This document shows, piece after piece, positions 63,402-64,000 of a DNA stretch of 64,000 bases. The notes beneath the pieces are model-generated. The model made no database searches. It was given only the letters and a program-made list of their open reading frames with translations, and had not been told where the DNA came from. Location: assembly GCA_003971905.1 (NCBI GenBank), contig RSEE01000003.1, forward strand, positions 1 through 64,000. Reading direction: 5' to 3'. The stretch comes from Moniliella sp. 'wahieum'. Taxonomy: Eukaryota. Made by a program: the position numbers and the translations under genes. Position 1 is the first letter of the stretch; each line of letters starts with the position of its first letter.

Positions 63402-64000
63402 ATGGCCGTGGCAGTGGAGTCGGCTCGGCCATTCGCCTCGCCTGCGTCTCCAGGTGTGGCTGGACCAGCGCCTGCGCATCACTCAGCTCCCCCGTCCACA
63501 CTGAGACCCCAACCTCCCAACCAACGGCCGCCCCGGGGGAGAGGAGGTCCTCCTGTCGGCCCTACGTTGCCCGAAGGAGCAAGAAGACCAAGACGACCGC
63601 CTGGCGCTCAGCGCAAGCCGCGTCGCTCGAGCGCCGAGGTGCATGCCGAACTGATGAAAGCCCAAGCAGATACCGACTGGCTCGAGGACAACGTATGTAC
63701 TGTTTGCTCCAAGGTGGTCACTGGGCGCGACTTGTATGTTCCCCCACTTGTCGCAGCGCGGATAGCGGGACTGCGGTGGGGCCGCCGCGCGGGGAAAGTG
63801 TGTCCAATTGGAACGCTGCGGGTCGCCTTTCGCTTTCGTTTTCGCGCCGCGCCTCGCTTCCTCTCTTGGCCCCAGGCTTGGTCTCCCCGTGCACGAGGGC
63901 ACGAGGCGCGATCCGAGCCCACCCTCGGGGCACACCTTGACCGAGTCGGAATCAGAAGTGACACCCGACCCACCGTCGACCGGGGCCGGTGCGGGAGCGG
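63402..64000 (+). CDS. 5' part of a hypothetical gene running out of the window
   Basis: ATG at 63402 after a pyrimidine-rich leader, open to a GTATGT donor at 63693 with a CAG acceptor at 63756. No recognisable domain. Confidence 0.35.
   Translation, partial: MAVAVESARPFASPASPGVAGPAPAHHSAPPSTLRPQPPNQRPPRGRGGPPVGPTLPEGARRPRRPPGAQRKPRRSSAEVHAELMKAQADTDWLEDNVCTVCSKVVTGRDLYVPPLVAARIAGLRWGRRAGKVCPIGTLRVAFRFRFRAAPRFLSWPQAWSPRARGHEARSEPTLGAHLDRVGIRSDTRPTVDRGRCGS

Overview
This is the left end of a basidiomycete fungal chromosome, probably Ustilaginomycotina (inferred from the 5S rRNA sequence, sparse short introns and a Glo1-type glyoxal oxidase). It starts with (CCCTAA)n telomere repeats, then a duplicated telomere-junction cassette and an intact 5S rRNA gene only about 480 bp from the telomere tract. 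From about 1.2 to 20 kb is a degenerate subtelomeric mosaic: several diverged, rearranged copies of an unidentified plus-strand coding family (one copy has Gag-type CCHC zinc knuckles), a truncated CRE-clade (Cnl1/MoTeR-like) non-LTR reverse transcriptase, and a degenerate type I hammerhead-like motif beside a 44-bp direct repeat. From about 21.7 kb there are ordinary genes: a hypothetical protein, a paraoxonase-like propeller, DUF1748, Ssk2-type MAPKKK, U1A/U2B'' snRNP protein, CSC1/OSCA channel, Glo1-like glyoxal oxidase, an intron-containing tRNA(CAA) with no long variable arm, CAND1, a Zn2Cys6 factor and two hypothetical genes. A small Helitron-like element with two 3' ends also lies here. 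The most striking unexplained pattern is intergenic: 7-bp-period arrays of T(G/C)A alternating with 4-nt palindromes, using all 12 G/C-containing palindromic cores. Conserved genes carry many single-base frameshifts, so the assembly is probably indel-prone, many CDS limits are approximate, and single-base oddities need read-level confirmation.
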